From: an uncultured Pelagibacteraceae bacterium
GTDB taxonomy: Bacteria; Pseudomonadota; Alphaproteobacteria; Pelagibacterales; Pelagibacteraceae
Assembly (NCBI GenBank): GCA_902566945.1
Contig: CACFKZ010000002.1
Coordinates: 4,918-68,917, forward strand
Reading direction: 5' to 3'
Length of the DNA stretch: 64,000 nt
The position numbers were made by a program, and so were the translations under genes. The notes under the pieces are model-generated. The model worked only from the letters and a program-made list of their open reading frames with translations. It made no database searches and was not told where the DNA came from. Positions 42,830 through 53,106 of the stretch are shown piece after piece. How positions within the stretch are numbered: the first letter of the stretch is position 1; each line of letters begins with the position of its first letter.

Positions 42830-43705
42830 TCAACTATTAAGTTTATCTGAAAGAGTTTTTCCTATATCTGCAGGCGATTTTGAGATAGTTATTCCAGCTG
42901 ATTTCATGACTTCAATTTTATCCTCAGCTCCACCTTTCCCACCAGATATTATTGCTCCAGCATGTCCCATTCTTCTTCCTGGAGGGGCTGTTAATCCAGC
43001 GACAAAGCCCACCATAGGTTTTTTAATTTTTTCTTTTTTTAAAAATTCTGCTGCTTCCTCCTCTGCTGTTCCACCTATTTCTCCAATCATAATTATTGAC
43101 TTTGTTTCATCATCTTTCAAAAAAAGCTCTAAACAATCAATAAAATTTGTTCCATTGATTGGATCTCCTCCTATACCAATACAAGTTGACTGGCCCATTT
43201 TATTTCCAGTAGTTTGAGCTACAGCTTCATAAGTAAGAGTACCTGATCTAGAAACAATTCCAACTGAACCTTTTCTATGAATATTACCAGGCATTATACC
43301 GATTTTACATTCATCAGGTGTAATTATCCCTGGACAATTAGGACCAATTAATCTTGATTTACTTTTACCTAAAATTTTTTTTACTTTAAGCATATCTAAT
43401 ACTGGAATACCTTCAGTAATACATACTATTAATTCTATTTTAGACTCAATAGCTTCAATAATAGCAGCACCAGCAAACTGAGGAGGTACGTATATCATCG
43501 TCGCATCAGCAGCAGTTTTTTCTTTTGCCTCTTGTACTGTATTAAAAACTGGAAGACCAAGATGTTTTTGTCCACCTTTTTTAGGTGTAACACCTCCAAC
43601 TAATTTTGTACCATATTTTATTGCTTGCTCTGAATGAAATGTTCCGTGTTTACCAGTAAATCCCTGGCAAATTAACCTTGTGTTTTTGTTAACTAGTATA
43701 GACAT
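42830..43705 (-). CDS. sucD: Succinyl-CoA synthetase alpha subunit
   Basis: [21 protein letters not shown]. Confidence 0.98.
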   Translation of the reverse strand: MSILVNKNTRLICQGFTGKHGTFHSEQAIKYGTKLVGGVTPKKGGQKHLGLPVFNTVQEAKEKTAADATMIYVPPQFAGAAIIEAIESKIELIVCITEGIPVLDMLKVKKILGKSKSRLIGPNCPGIITPDECKIGIMPGNIHRKGSVGIVSRSGTLTYEAVAQTTGNKMGQSTCIGIGGDPINGTNFIDCLELFLKDDETKSIIMIGEIGGTAEEEAAEFLKKEKIKKPMVGFVAGLTAPPGRRMGHAGAIISGGKGGAEDKIEVMKSAGITISKSPADIGKTLSDKLNS

Positions 43706-44869
43706 CTATTTAATTGCATCTACAATTTTTTTTGCAGCATCATTTAAATCAGTCGCTGACAAAATTTTTAAATTTGATTTATCTAGCAGTTCCTTTCCTT
43801 CCTTAAAGTTTGTACCTGCTAACCTTACTACAAGAGGTACAGATAAATTTACTTGTTTCGCTGCATCTATAACTCCCTGAGCAAGAACATCACATCTCAT
43901 TATACCTCCAAAAATATTAATAAGAATTCCTCTAACATTTTCATCAGCAAGAATTAACTTAAAAGCTGCAGTCACTTTTTCTTTTGATGCACCTCCACCA
44001 ACGTCCAAAAAATTTGCAGGTTCTTTTCCGTATAATTTGATTATATCCATTGTTGCCATCGCTAAACCTGCTCCATTGACCATACACCCAATTGATCCAT
44101 TAAGTTTTATGTATGCTAAATCATATTTACTCGCTTCAATTTCTGCTGGGTCTTCCTCACTCAAGTCTCGTAGTTTCAAAATCTCAGGTCTTCTAAAAAT
44201 AGCGTTATCATCAAAGTTCATTTTAGCATCTAGGCAAAGTAATTTTTCATCTTTGGTGATAATTAATGGATTGATTTCAATTAAACTTGCGTCTTTTTCT
44301 ATTAAGATTTTAAATAATGATTTAATTAATTTCTTTGCGGTTAGTGTTTGATTTTCATTTAATTTAAATATTGAAATAATTTTGCCTATCTCTTTTTCAT
44401 CAGGACCTTCAGTATTAAAATCTATTTTATTAGTTATAATTTTGTTAGGTGACTCTTTCGCAACTTTTTCTATATCCATTCCTCCCTCAGTGCTACTTAT
44501 AAAAGCAATTTTTGAACTCTCTCTGTCAACAACGCACGAAAGATAAAACTCTTTTGCTATATCTGAAGCCTCTTCTATATAAAGCCTTTTTACCTCTTTG
44601 CCCTCTGGTCCAGTTTGATGAGTTACCAGTATTTTTCCAATCATTAAATTTGCTTCTTTTTCTAGTTCAGATTTGTTTTGTATTAGTTTTACGCCGCCTG
44701 CTTTACCTCTTCCGCCTGCATGAATTTGTGCCTTTAAAACAAATTTTGAGCCACTTAGTTTTGAAATATTTTTTTTAATTTCCTCAACAGAAAAAACAAC
44801 TATTCCTTTTGAAACTGGTGCTCCAAATTCTCTCAAAATATCTTTAGCTTGGTGTTCGTGAATATTCAT
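43706..44869 (-). CDS. sucC: Succinyl-CoA synthetase beta subunit
   Basis: [42 protein letters not shown]. Confidence 0.98.
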   Translation of the reverse strand: MNIHEHQAKDILREFGAPVSKGIVVFSVEEIKKNISKLSGSKFVLKAQIHAGGRGKAGGVKLIQNKSELEKEANLMIGKILVTHQTGPEGKEVKRLYIEEASDIAKEFYLSCVVDRESSKIAFISSTEGGMDIEKVAKESPNKIITNKIDFNTEGPDEKEIGKIISIFKLNENQTLTAKKLIKSLFKILIEKDASLIEINPLIITKDEKLLCLDAKMNFDDNAIFRRPEILKLRDLSEEDPAEIEASKYDLAYIKLNGSIGCMVNGAGLAMATMDIIKLYGKEPANFLDVGGGASKEKVTAAFKLILADENVRGILINIFGGIMRCDVLAQGVIDAAKQVNLSVPLVVRLAGTNFKEGKELLDKSNLKILSATDLNDAAKKIVDAIK

Positions 44870-44927
44870 TATATGGTAAGTTTATTTAACACAAATTTTT
44901 AAAATTTAATATTAACTTTTTTTTATT

Positions 44928-45791
44928 GTGACAAATTTAAATATTCTATTACCCTTATATAACGATTGGAGATCCTGCAATATCTTAATAAAAAAAATAA
45001 ATGAACAACTGAGAAAAAAAAAGAGATTTGGAAATATTTTAATATTAGACGATGCTTCAACCCAAAAAAAAAATGTGGCAAGCTCAGGTTTAAAAAATAT
45101 TAAAAAGATTAAAGTTTTAAAATTAAAAAAAAATTTGGGGAGTCAAAAGATTATATCTATTGGTCTTGACTATATAAAAAACGAAAAAAATAAAATAATT
45201 GTAATAATGGACTCTGATGGTGAAGATGATGTCAATCAAATCAATAATTTAATTGATACTGCTAATAAAAATAAAAATTATATAGCTGTTGCTTCTAGAG
45301 TGAAGAGAAAAGAACATCTAATTTTTAGAATATTATATAAAATTCATTTAATAATTGCATTCTTGCTTACTTTTAATTGGATATCTTTTGGAAATTATTC
45401 AAGTTTTCACTCAAATAACATTAAAAAGATTTTAAAAAATAATTCTTCTTGGTTGGCTTATTCATCATGTGTAGTTAAAAACTGCAAACTAATTAAAATT
45501 TCTACCGATAGACAAAAAAGATTTTTTGGTAAATCAAAATTAAGTTTCTTAGGATTGTTTAATCACTCATTTCGTGTTTTGTCTGTATTTCAAAATAAGA
45601 TACTTATTATTTCAATTTTTTATTTATTAATAATAAATTTTTTTTTATATGAAAAATTTTCAATTCAAATAATAATATTTTCTTTTCTCTTAATCTATAA
45701 TTTTTTAATTTTCTTCACTTCGAGCAATAACAAGAATTTTCTTTTTTTTAAAAAAGATAAATTTATTAAACAGGTTTTGAGAGTTAAGTAA
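44928..45791 (+). CDS. GT2 glycosyltransferase, GtrB/ArnC-like polyprenyl-phosphate glycosyltransferase
   Basis: ILLPLYND, LDDAS, NLGSQ, MDSDGED (DxD), RFFGKSKLS, two C-terminal TM helices; GTG start. Confidence 0.8.
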   Translation: MTNLNILLPLYNDWRSCNILIKKINEQLRKKKRFGNILILDDASTQKKNVASSGLKNIKKIKVLKLKKNLGSQKIISIGLDYIKNEKNKIIVIMDSDGEDDVNQINNLIDTANKNKNYIAVASRVKRKEHLIFRILYKIHLIIAFLLTFNWISFGNYSSFHSNNIKKILKNNSSWLAYSSCVVKNCKLIKISTDRQKRFFGKSKLSFLGLFNHSFRVLSVFQNKILIISIFYLLIINFFLYEKFSIQIIIFSFLLIYNFLIFFTSSNNKNFLFFKKDKFIKQVLRVK

Positions 45792-46407
45792 GTTTTTTTA
45801 CAAGAATTTTTAAGTTATTTATAATTCTATATTTTTCAGCTAAAAATAAAAATTTATGTTTTTTACAGTAAAAATCGTAAGCTCTCTTATCTAATGACTC
45901 AACAGTAATATATTTTGATTTTTTTATTTTTTTAAAGATTTTTTTTAAAAAATAGGTCCCAATACCTTTAGATTGAAAATTTCTTTTAACAGCAAGCAAA
46001 TTAAGGTTGTAATTTGTATTTATAATTTTTTTCTTTTCCTTTGTTATCATAATTATATCTAATCTTAAGTAGCTAAGCATTATATTGAAAATTTTTATAA
46101 ATTTGAACTTAGTTATCAGGTTGAAAAAAATTTTTAATTTCATATTCGAAAATATCAAAATTAAAAAACTTACTTTTTTGGCGATTATAGCATATGCAAC
46201 AATAGTTTTTTTTTTCTTTAATACAAATAAGGATAAATTATCTGACACAATTACTTTTTGAAGATAAATTTTAATGTTAGTTAAACTTAATGAAGCTAGC
46301 AAAGCTTCTGGGTTTTCTTTTAAGATTAAATTACTTAATTGTTTAAATTCATCTTCTTTTATTTCTTTCATCTCAAAGAATTTAAAATTATTATTTCTAT
46401 TTTTCAC
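45784..46407 (-). CDS. GNAT family N-acetyltransferase
   Basis: LLAVKRNFQSKGIGTYFL (acetyl-CoA motif A), AYDFYCKKHKF (motif B). Confidence 0.82.
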   Translation of the reverse strand: MKNRNNNFKFFEMKEIKEDEFKQLSNLILKENPEALLASLSLTNIKIYLQKVIVSDNLSLFVLKKKKTIVAYAIIAKKVSFLILIFSNMKLKIFFNLITKFKFIKIFNIMLSYLRLDIIMITKEKKKIINTNYNLNLLAVKRNFQSKGIGTYFLKKIFKKIKKSKYITVESLDKRAYDFYCKKHKFLFLAEKYRIINNLKILVKKLT

Positions 46408-47969
46408 TTGAGCTCACAATTAATTAAATCAATTTTTGCTAAATATTTATCACTCTTGCCAATTTCAAGACAATCGGGATCAAAATATTCCAAAACATAT
46501 CTTTTTAATGAAAATTGGAGGTCACTATCAGGGATAAAAATAAAAATTTGTTGAACATTTTTTGAATTTATCTGGTCGTCCAAAAAACTTTTAAATTTGT
46601 TAAAGTATAAATTATTTTTACTCGGAAAACTTATCGAGTCGTAAGTTCTGCTAATTGTATAAATTTTCTTTGAAGAAATTGATGAAATAAAATTATGATT
46701 TGTCATTAAAATTATTTTTTTATCACTTTTTTCAACCTCTTTTACTACATTATTTATAATTGCTAATTCATTTAATGGATCTTCAAAATTAGAAGTCTTC
46801 CATTTTAGTGAAGAAAGAGAAGAATGTATTTTTTCAGCACTAGCAGTAGTTTCAAGATTGGTGTTTTGTAAATCATGAAATTTTCGATCAACGTTAAACC
46901 TAAAATGATATTTAAAAGTTACAAATAAACAAAAAATTAAAATCCCAAATATTAAACTCTTATATTTAACTCCACTTTTGTCTGTTAATTTTTCATCTAA
47001 AAACAGAATTAAAAAAGCTAAATTTATTGGAATCAAAAAGAAAATAAAATTTTGATTTTTTGTTAATAATTGATGATAGATACACAAAAAGCTGAACAGA
47101 GTAAAAATCAAAAAATTAAATATTTTTATATCCTTTGTGAATTTATTAAATGAATTCTTTAATAAAAATATTGAGAAAACAATTGGTAATAAAATAAATT
47201 TATAGTTTGAAATTATTTTATCGTAATTAACATTAAGTGAGCTAAATCTTCCTCCCCCGATTGATATTGGATAATATATTAATTGTGTTAAAAACATTTC
47301 TAAATCAATTTTTTGAGATAAAATAAACAAATATAAAGCTACTAAAAAAAAAACTGAACCTATTAAAGGTAATTTAATTATATAAAATCTTTTTGAAGTA
47401 AATAGATAAAAAATAAAAGAAAAAGTCATCAAAAACATTAAATAAACAGTGGGAACAGGCTTTGAAAAAAATGCTAGACCGAATAATATTGGAACAAAAA
47501 AAAGATACTTCAAATTATTTTTTATACCAAAGAAAAAAAAGTAAAATGCAAATAAACTTAAAAAAATTGCATGTTGGTCTATAAATGGTGTGCCACTTAT
47601 TGGATATGCTAAAATTGAAAATGATAAAGATAATAAAATGCTATATTCTTGTTTTAATCCAATTTTTAAAAAATAAATAAATGTTGCAATAGAAATTAAT
47701 GCATTAAAAATAGAAGAGTGTAATATATAAGAAGACCAATTAATTCCAAATATTAAAAAAAATAAAGCTTGAAAGTAATCAAGCGTAACCCCATGCACTA
47801 CCCAATAATCTCTAACTGGTATAATACCGTCTAATATCCTTGAAGCAGAGTCATAGTGTAAAAAAGTATCTATAGGAAAAACACCTTTACTTGCGACATA
47901 AAAATTAAAAATAAATGCAAATAAAAAAAGCGAAATTAAATAAATATTCTTACTGTACTTTTTTTTCAT
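46404..47969 (-). CDS. Multi-TM membrane protein, probable GT-C-fold glycosyltransferase
   Basis: Many TM helices; acidic first loop (FPIDTFLHYDSASRILDG..PVRDYW), LAFFSKP, soluble C-terminal domain. Confidence 0.6.
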   Translation of the reverse strand: MKKKYSKNIYLISLFLFAFIFNFYVASKGVFPIDTFLHYDSASRILDGIIPVRDYWVVHGVTLDYFQALFFLIFGINWSSYILHSSIFNALISIATFIYFLKIGLKQEYSILLSLSFSILAYPISGTPFIDQHAIFLSLFAFYFFFFGIKNNLKYLFFVPILFGLAFFSKPVPTVYLMFLMTFSFIFYLFTSKRFYIIKLPLIGSVFFLVALYLFILSQKIDLEMFLTQLIYYPISIGGGRFSSLNVNYDKIISNYKFILLPIVFSIFLLKNSFNKFTKDIKIFNFLIFTLFSFLCIYHQLLTKNQNFIFFLIPINLAFLILFLDEKLTDKSGVKYKSLIFGILIFCLFVTFKYHFRFNVDRKFHDLQNTNLETTASAEKIHSSLSSLKWKTSNFEDPLNELAIINNVVKEVEKSDKKIILMTNHNFISSISSKKIYTISRTYDSISFPSKNNLYFNKFKSFLDDQINSKNVQQIFIFIPDSDLQFSLKRYVLEYFDPDCLEIGKSDKYLAKIDLINCELK

Positions 47970-49206
47970 AAAATTTTTTTATTGTGTAGCCAATTTTATC
48001 CATATATTTTTTTGAGATTTTTTTATGATTTGGCAACCCTATAACATGATCACTAAAATACTTTCCATTTTTTTGAATTTTTAATTCTTTTTTATTTCCA
48101 AAAATTTTTGCACAATTGTGATAAAAAAGGTATTTTGTCTCAATATTATTTAATAGTAAAAAATTATTCAGCTTCTCTTTATTTGTTACTAAAATTGGAA
48201 AATCCATGTAATTTTGAAAATTGAAATCTTCAACCCTAAGTAATTTAACTCCATTTATTTTTAATCTCTTAAATAATTTATGATAATAAATGTTATTATT
48301 TTTTCTTATTAAAAAGTTTTGACTCCTGTTTTGTGTGTTTATTAATTGCAAATAAATTACTTTCTTAGCAATCTCAGATATTTTTGTGAAATAATAGTTT
48401 GGAAACTTGATTTTTTTGAATCTAAGGGATGGATATACTATTCTTAAAATAGTCTTATTATCTTTTTTATGAGCTCGATACAAAATTTTGACAAATATTT
48501 TATGAAAAATTCCAATAGACAGTATTTTTAATATTAAAAAGATTGTAATTTGTTTCAAAAGTATGTTTTTTTTGAAGCTATCATAATTTGAGATTTTTAT
48601 TTTCGCAAATTCTATAAATTTTTTGTCATTAGTGGAAACTCCTCCACCAAAAAAGCCAGAAATATTTTTCATAATATTAAAGCTATACAAGGAATAATCT
48701 CCAAAACTTCCACTAAAAAATTTTTTATTGTTTCTTTTAAAAAAATTATCAAAATAAATAGCATTATCTTCTATTAAAAGGATATTATTTTTAGAACAAA
48801 TTTTTTGTATTTTTAATAATGTCTTTGGAGAATTGAATATGTTTGTCACTATTATAGCCAATGTTTTATCGTTAATTTTTTTTTGCAAGGACTTTAAATT
48901 TGGCTGTCCGGTAAGAATATCCTGCTCAATGAAATTTGGTTTAAATCCTAAATTGTCTGCAATATTTATCATTTCAGGAAGATTGAATGGTTGAAAAATA
49001 ATTTGTTTTTTAAAGGGAAATTTTTTTTTCAAATATTGTAATAAAATTAGAAAACCTACTCTAAGTTGACTGGTTAAAATAAAGTTATGTTTTTTGGAGG
49101 TTTTTTTTATTAGTGTTTCGATTTTTTTATTCTCAATATTCGAGATAAAAAGACTTTTAACAAAATCAACAAAATGTAAATATATTTTTATTCTAAAATA
49201 ACTCAT
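47950..49206 (-). CDS. DegT/DnrJ/EryC1/StrS-family PLP sugar aminotransferase (divergent)
   Basis: LIEDNA, GSFGDYSLYSFNIMKNISGFFGGG (PLP lysine), IGLP near the C-terminus. Confidence 0.8.
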   Translation of the reverse strand: MSYFRIKIYLHFVDFVKSLFISNIENKKIETLIKKTSKKHNFILTSQLRVGFLILLQYLKKKFPFKKQIIFQPFNLPEMINIADNLGFKPNFIEQDILTGQPNLKSLQKKINDKTLAIIVTNIFNSPKTLLKIQKICSKNNILLIEDNAIYFDNFFKRNNKKFFSGSFGDYSLYSFNIMKNISGFFGGGVSTNDKKFIEFAKIKISNYDSFKKNILLKQITIFLILKILSIGIFHKIFVKILYRAHKKDNKTILRIVYPSLRFKKIKFPNYYFTKISEIAKKVIYLQLINTQNRSQNFLIRKNNNIYYHKLFKRLKINGVKLLRVEDFNFQNYMDFPILVTNKEKLNNFLLLNNIETKYLFYHNCAKIFGNKKELKIQKNGKYFSDHVIGLPNHKKISKKYMDKIGYTIKKFYEKKVQ

Positions 49207-50618
49207 TTAGACAATAGTTTTCCAATACGTCTAGCGTTTGCCATAACTATACCTAATGGATATTTATTTGACTTAAAATTAAAAACAGAGCTATCTACAA
49301 TATAAATATTTTTATGATTCTTTAATTGACATTTTTCATTTACTGATAATTTTGAATTATTATTTATACTGAGAGTTCCAAAATAGTGAAAATCCGAACC
49401 AATACCTGGAAAATGTGTTTTAAAAAATGGAAAAATTAACTTATTCTTTAAAAGAAAAGAAAAAGTTTTGAAATTAGCTTCTTTTAATTTGTTTAATAAA
49501 AAATTTTTTTTTGTGTAGATGTAAAATTTGCTTTTATTATTCTTAATATATAAACCGCTATATTTTGATGAAAGTAAAATATTAGAAAAAATTAATCTAT
49601 CCTTAACAAAGTTTATTAAAAATTTAAAAGGGTAAAGAAGCTTACTGAGTTCTAACATCGACTCTGTAATAAGTTTATTCCCGGGTCTAAAATCAGCTGA
49701 AAATTGATTATCTTTACCTTTGCCGATAAATTGTATGAGAGAGGGAGTAAATTTTAAATTAGATTTTATTTTTTTTTTTCCAAAATAGACTGATATCAAT
49801 CTTGGATGATGTTTAATTTTTACTTCATGTTTAACATTTAAAAATTCCATAATAATTTTTGTTGTAGCAATCGTACCAGCTGCTAATATTACTTTATTGG
49901 CAATAAAAATTTTATAACCTTCTCTGTTTTTACAAATAAGTTTTATTTTTTTTCCAACTCGACACATTCCCTCAAGATAATAATTGTGTAGATGCACTCT
50001 ACTTTTTAATTTTTTTAATTTAATAAAATTTGAAGAATTTAATTTATTTTTATTTTCGTTTAAACTATTTAAATCTTTATTCTTAAGTAATTTGTTGAAT
50101 GCTAGTATTGGTTTTTGTAAATTAAAATTTCTAAATTTTTTTTTTTTTAATTCTTCTAAATAATTAGGTATTTTATACTCATTGGAGTAAATTTTTTTTT
50201 TAAATTCAAAATTTCCTAAAAGTTTACAACCTTTTAAAAGTTCGAAGAAAGATTTATTTATTTCATTTTTAGTTTTTTTATTTATTCTTTGATCATCTAA
50301 ATTTATATAATTATCTATTTGGAGCCCCCAATAATTCGACAAACCGCCTTGATCTAAACTGCCAATAATTTTACAGTTTTTAGTTTTTTTTAGATTGTTT
50401 CCAATAAAATAGTTTTCTACTTGTGTTTTTTTATTTCTCATTTGTGAGGGAAGAAATTTGATTTCTTCAATTTCACCTCCAGATAATTTAAAATTAAAAT
50501 TTGGTGAAATTACATTAATTTTTTTTTTTTTGGAATATGTCTCAATAAAGTTTAGAGCTGACAATCCACTTCCAATAATAACAGTATCTAGATACTCATT
50601 ACTTTGTTTTTTTTGCAT
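49203..50618 (-). CDS. GMC-family FAD-dependent oxidoreductase (divergent)
   Basis: VIIGSGLSA, GGLSNYWG, VILAAGTIAT, HYFGT, NIYIVDSSVF. Confidence 0.8.
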   Translation of the reverse strand: MQKKQSNEYLDTVIIGSGLSALNFIETYSKKKKINVISPNFNFKLSGGEIEEIKFLPSQMRNKKTQVENYFIGNNLKKTKNCKIIGSLDQGGLSNYWGLQIDNYINLDDQRINKKTKNEINKSFFELLKGCKLLGNFEFKKKIYSNEYKIPNYLEELKKKKFRNFNLQKPILAFNKLLKNKDLNSLNENKNKLNSSNFIKLKKLKSRVHLHNYYLEGMCRVGKKIKLICKNREGYKIFIANKVILAAGTIATTKIIMEFLNVKHEVKIKHHPRLISVYFGKKKIKSNLKFTPSLIQFIGKGKDNQFSADFRPGNKLITESMLELSKLLYPFKFLINFVKDRLIFSNILLSSKYSGLYIKNNKSKFYIYTKKNFLLNKLKEANFKTFSFLLKNKLIFPFFKTHFPGIGSDFHYFGTLSINNNSKLSVNEKCQLKNHKNIYIVDSSVFNFKSNKYPLGIVMANARRIGKLLSK

Positions 50619-50626
50619 TTATTTAA

Positions 50627-51583
50627 TTATAACTCTGAGTCTATATTTTTTGCAGCAGAATATAAATCTTTTACTGATTGAACAGATTTTTTGAAGTTTT
50701 CTTCCTCTTCTTTACTTAGCTTAATTTCAATTATTTTTTCAACACCCTTTTTACCAATTATTACAGGTACTCCAGCATAAACTTCTTTTATGCCATACTC
50801 TCCGTTAAGGTAAGCAGCACACGGAAGTTGCATTTTTTTATCTTTTAAATAACTCTCTGCCATTTGTACACCTGATGCTGCAGGAGCATAAAACGCTGAA
50901 CCCTTTTCCAAATATTTAACAATTTCCGCACCACCTTTTTTCGTCCTCTCAATGATCTCATCTAATTTTTCTTTTCTAATTTTTCCCTCTTTTACCAAAT
51001 CAATAATCTTTTTTCCGTTTACTTCAGTTGAGCCTAGCATTGCTACCATTGTATCTCCGTGTCCGCCAAGTACAAAAGATTTTATATCTTGAACACGTAT
51101 ATTTAATTCTTGTGACAAAAAATAAATAAATCTTGATGAGTCTAAAATTCCTGCCATACCTACTACTTTATGTTTTGGTAATCCTGAGTATTTTTGTAAA
51201 GCCATAACAATTACATCTAAAGGATTTGTGATGCATATAACAAATGCATTTGGTGATGTATTTTTTATTCCATTTGCTACTTGTTTTATAATTTTTAAAT
51301 TTATTCCTAATAAATCATCTCTAGTCATCCCTGGTTTTCTTGGAACTCCAGCTGTAATTATAATTACATCAGAGTTTTTTGTATCTTCGTATTTATCAGT
51401 TCCAATTAAATTAACATTAAATTCATTAACTGGAGATGATTGAGCAATATCTAAAGCCTTACCTTTAGCTATACCTGAAGCAACGTCAAATAAAACTACA
51501 TCTCCAAGCTCCTTTAAAGCTATTAAATGAGCTAATGTTCCTCCTATTTGACCTGCACCAATTAAAGTTATTTTTTTTTTCAT
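50627..51583 (-). CDS. mdh: Malate dehydrogenase
   Basis: [26 protein letters not shown]. Confidence 0.98.
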   Translation of the reverse strand: MKKKITLIGAGQIGGTLAHLIALKELGDVVLFDVASGIAKGKALDIAQSSPVNEFNVNLIGTDKYEDTKNSDVIIITAGVPRKPGMTRDDLLGINLKIIKQVANGIKNTSPNAFVICITNPLDVIVMALQKYSGLPKHKVVGMAGILDSSRFIYFLSQELNIRVQDIKSFVLGGHGDTMVAMLGSTEVNGKKIIDLVKEGKIRKEKLDEIIERTKKGGAEIVKYLEKGSAFYAPAASGVQMAESYLKDKKMQLPCAAYLNGEYGIKEVYAGVPVIIGKKGVEKIIEIKLSKEEEENFKKSVQSVKDLYSAAKNIDSEL

Positions 51584-51589
51584 GATTGT

Positions 51590-53083
51590 TTATTTCATAG
51601 TCGGCATAACAAACTCTGGATCTGATCTTAATCCTGAAGGCCATCTTGAAGTAATCGTTTTCAATTTTGTATAAAATCTTACCCCTTCAGGCCCATGCAT
51701 ATGTTGGTCACCAAATAAAGACCTTTTCCATCCCCCAAAACTATGAAATGCCATTGGTACTGGTATTGGTATGTTTATTCCTATCATGCCTATTTTTGCT
51801 TTATTTGAAAACGTTCTTCCAGAGTCACCGTCTCTCGTAAAAATACTAACACCATTCCCAAATTCATGATCATTAACCAGTTTAAGAGCTTCATCAAAAT
51901 TTTTTGCTCTAACAACAGATAAGACTGGTCCAAATATTTCTTCTTTATAAATCCTCATATCTTTTGATACATGATCAAATAAACAACCTCCTATAAAATA
52001 ACCATTTTCATATCCTTGAATTTTATAATTCCTACCGTCAACAACTAATTTGGCTCCCTCCTTAACACCTAAATCAACGTAACTTTTAACTTTAGCAAGA
52101 TGCTCTTTTGTTACAAGAGGTCCCATTTCTGATTGTTTGTCCATGCCATGACCTACTTTTAAAGCCTCAACTTTTTTTGCTAGTGAGCTAACTAATTTAT
52201 CTCCAATTCCACCAACAGCCACAGCAACCGACTGAGCCATACATCTTTCTCCAGCTGAACCATAAGCGGCACCCATTAGGCCATTAACTGCTTGTTCTAA
52301 ATCACAGTCTGGCATGACAACACAATGATTTTTTGCACCTCCTAAAGCCTGAACTCTTTTTTCATTTTTAGCACAATTTTCATAAATGTATTTTGCTATC
52401 GGTGTTGATCCTACAAAGCTAATAGCTGCTACATCTTTATTGTTTATTAATGCATCAACAGCTTCTTTGTCACCATTCACTATGTTTAGTACACCATCGG
52501 GTAAACCTGCATCTTTAAGTAGCTCTGCTAATCTTATTGAGCATGAAGGATCTTTCTCTGAAGGTTTTAACACAAAAGTATTTCCGCAAGCTATTGCCAT
52601 TGGGAACATCCACATAGGAACCATTGCAGGAAAATTAAAAGGAGTAATTCCTGCACATACGCCTATAGGCTGTCTAATTGACCAACTATCGACATTTGAT
52701 CCAACATTTTCTGTAAATTCGCCTTTTAACATTTGCGGTATACCACAAGCGTATTCTACAACTTCTAAACCTCTTGTGAGTGATCCTTTTGCGTCTTCAT
52801 AGACTTTTCCGTGCTCTGAAACTATTATTTTAGTTAATTCATCTGCATTTTTCTCTATCAGCTCTTTAAATTTAAACATTACTCTCGCTCTTTGCAATGG
52901 AGGCTTGTTCGCCCAGCTATCGAATGCTTTTTTTGCATTTTCGACAGCATCGTTAACATCTTTAGTTGTTGCTAATTTAACTTCTGCACTTTGTTCACCT
53001 GTTGCTGGATTAAAGACTTTACTGACTCTTTTAGACTCTCCAGAGAATCTTTTTCCATTAACAAAATGATGAATTGTTTTCAT
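51590..53083 (-). CDS. mmsA: CoA-acylating (methyl)malonate-semialdehyde dehydrogenase
   Basis: ITPFNFPAMVP, LKPSEKDP, GGAKNH, AGERCMA, EEIFGPV. Confidence 0.95.
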   Translation of the reverse strand: MKTIHHFVNGKRFSGESKRVSKVFNPATGEQSAEVKLATTKDVNDAVENAKKAFDSWANKPPLQRARVMFKFKELIEKNADELTKIIVSEHGKVYEDAKGSLTRGLEVVEYACGIPQMLKGEFTENVGSNVDSWSIRQPIGVCAGITPFNFPAMVPMWMFPMAIACGNTFVLKPSEKDPSCSIRLAELLKDAGLPDGVLNIVNGDKEAVDALINNKDVAAISFVGSTPIAKYIYENCAKNEKRVQALGGAKNHCVVMPDCDLEQAVNGLMGAAYGSAGERCMAQSVAVAVGGIGDKLVSSLAKKVEALKVGHGMDKQSEMGPLVTKEHLAKVKSYVDLGVKEGAKLVVDGRNYKIQGYENGYFIGGCLFDHVSKDMRIYKEEIFGPVLSVVRAKNFDEALKLVNDHEFGNGVSIFTRDGDSGRTFSNKAKIGMIGINIPIPVPMAFHSFGGWKRSLFGDQHMHGPEGVRFYTKLKTITSRWPSGLRSDPEFVMPTMK

Positions 53084-53106
53084 GTTGTAATTGAATAAAT
53101 AAGCTT

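Larger units (their letters stand above)
44870..50626. other. AT-rich five-gene accessory islet inserted between mdh and sucC
   Basis: Interrupts the usually contiguous mdh-sucC pair; visibly lower GC (3 G/C in 45601-45660; 10 in 47341-47400); glycan-related genes; no integrase or att repeat seen. Confidence 0.8.

Noticed and set aside
44870-50626. Islet as a transposon, prophage or integrative element
   Set aside because: No recombinase, terminal repeats or target-site duplication are visible at either edge.
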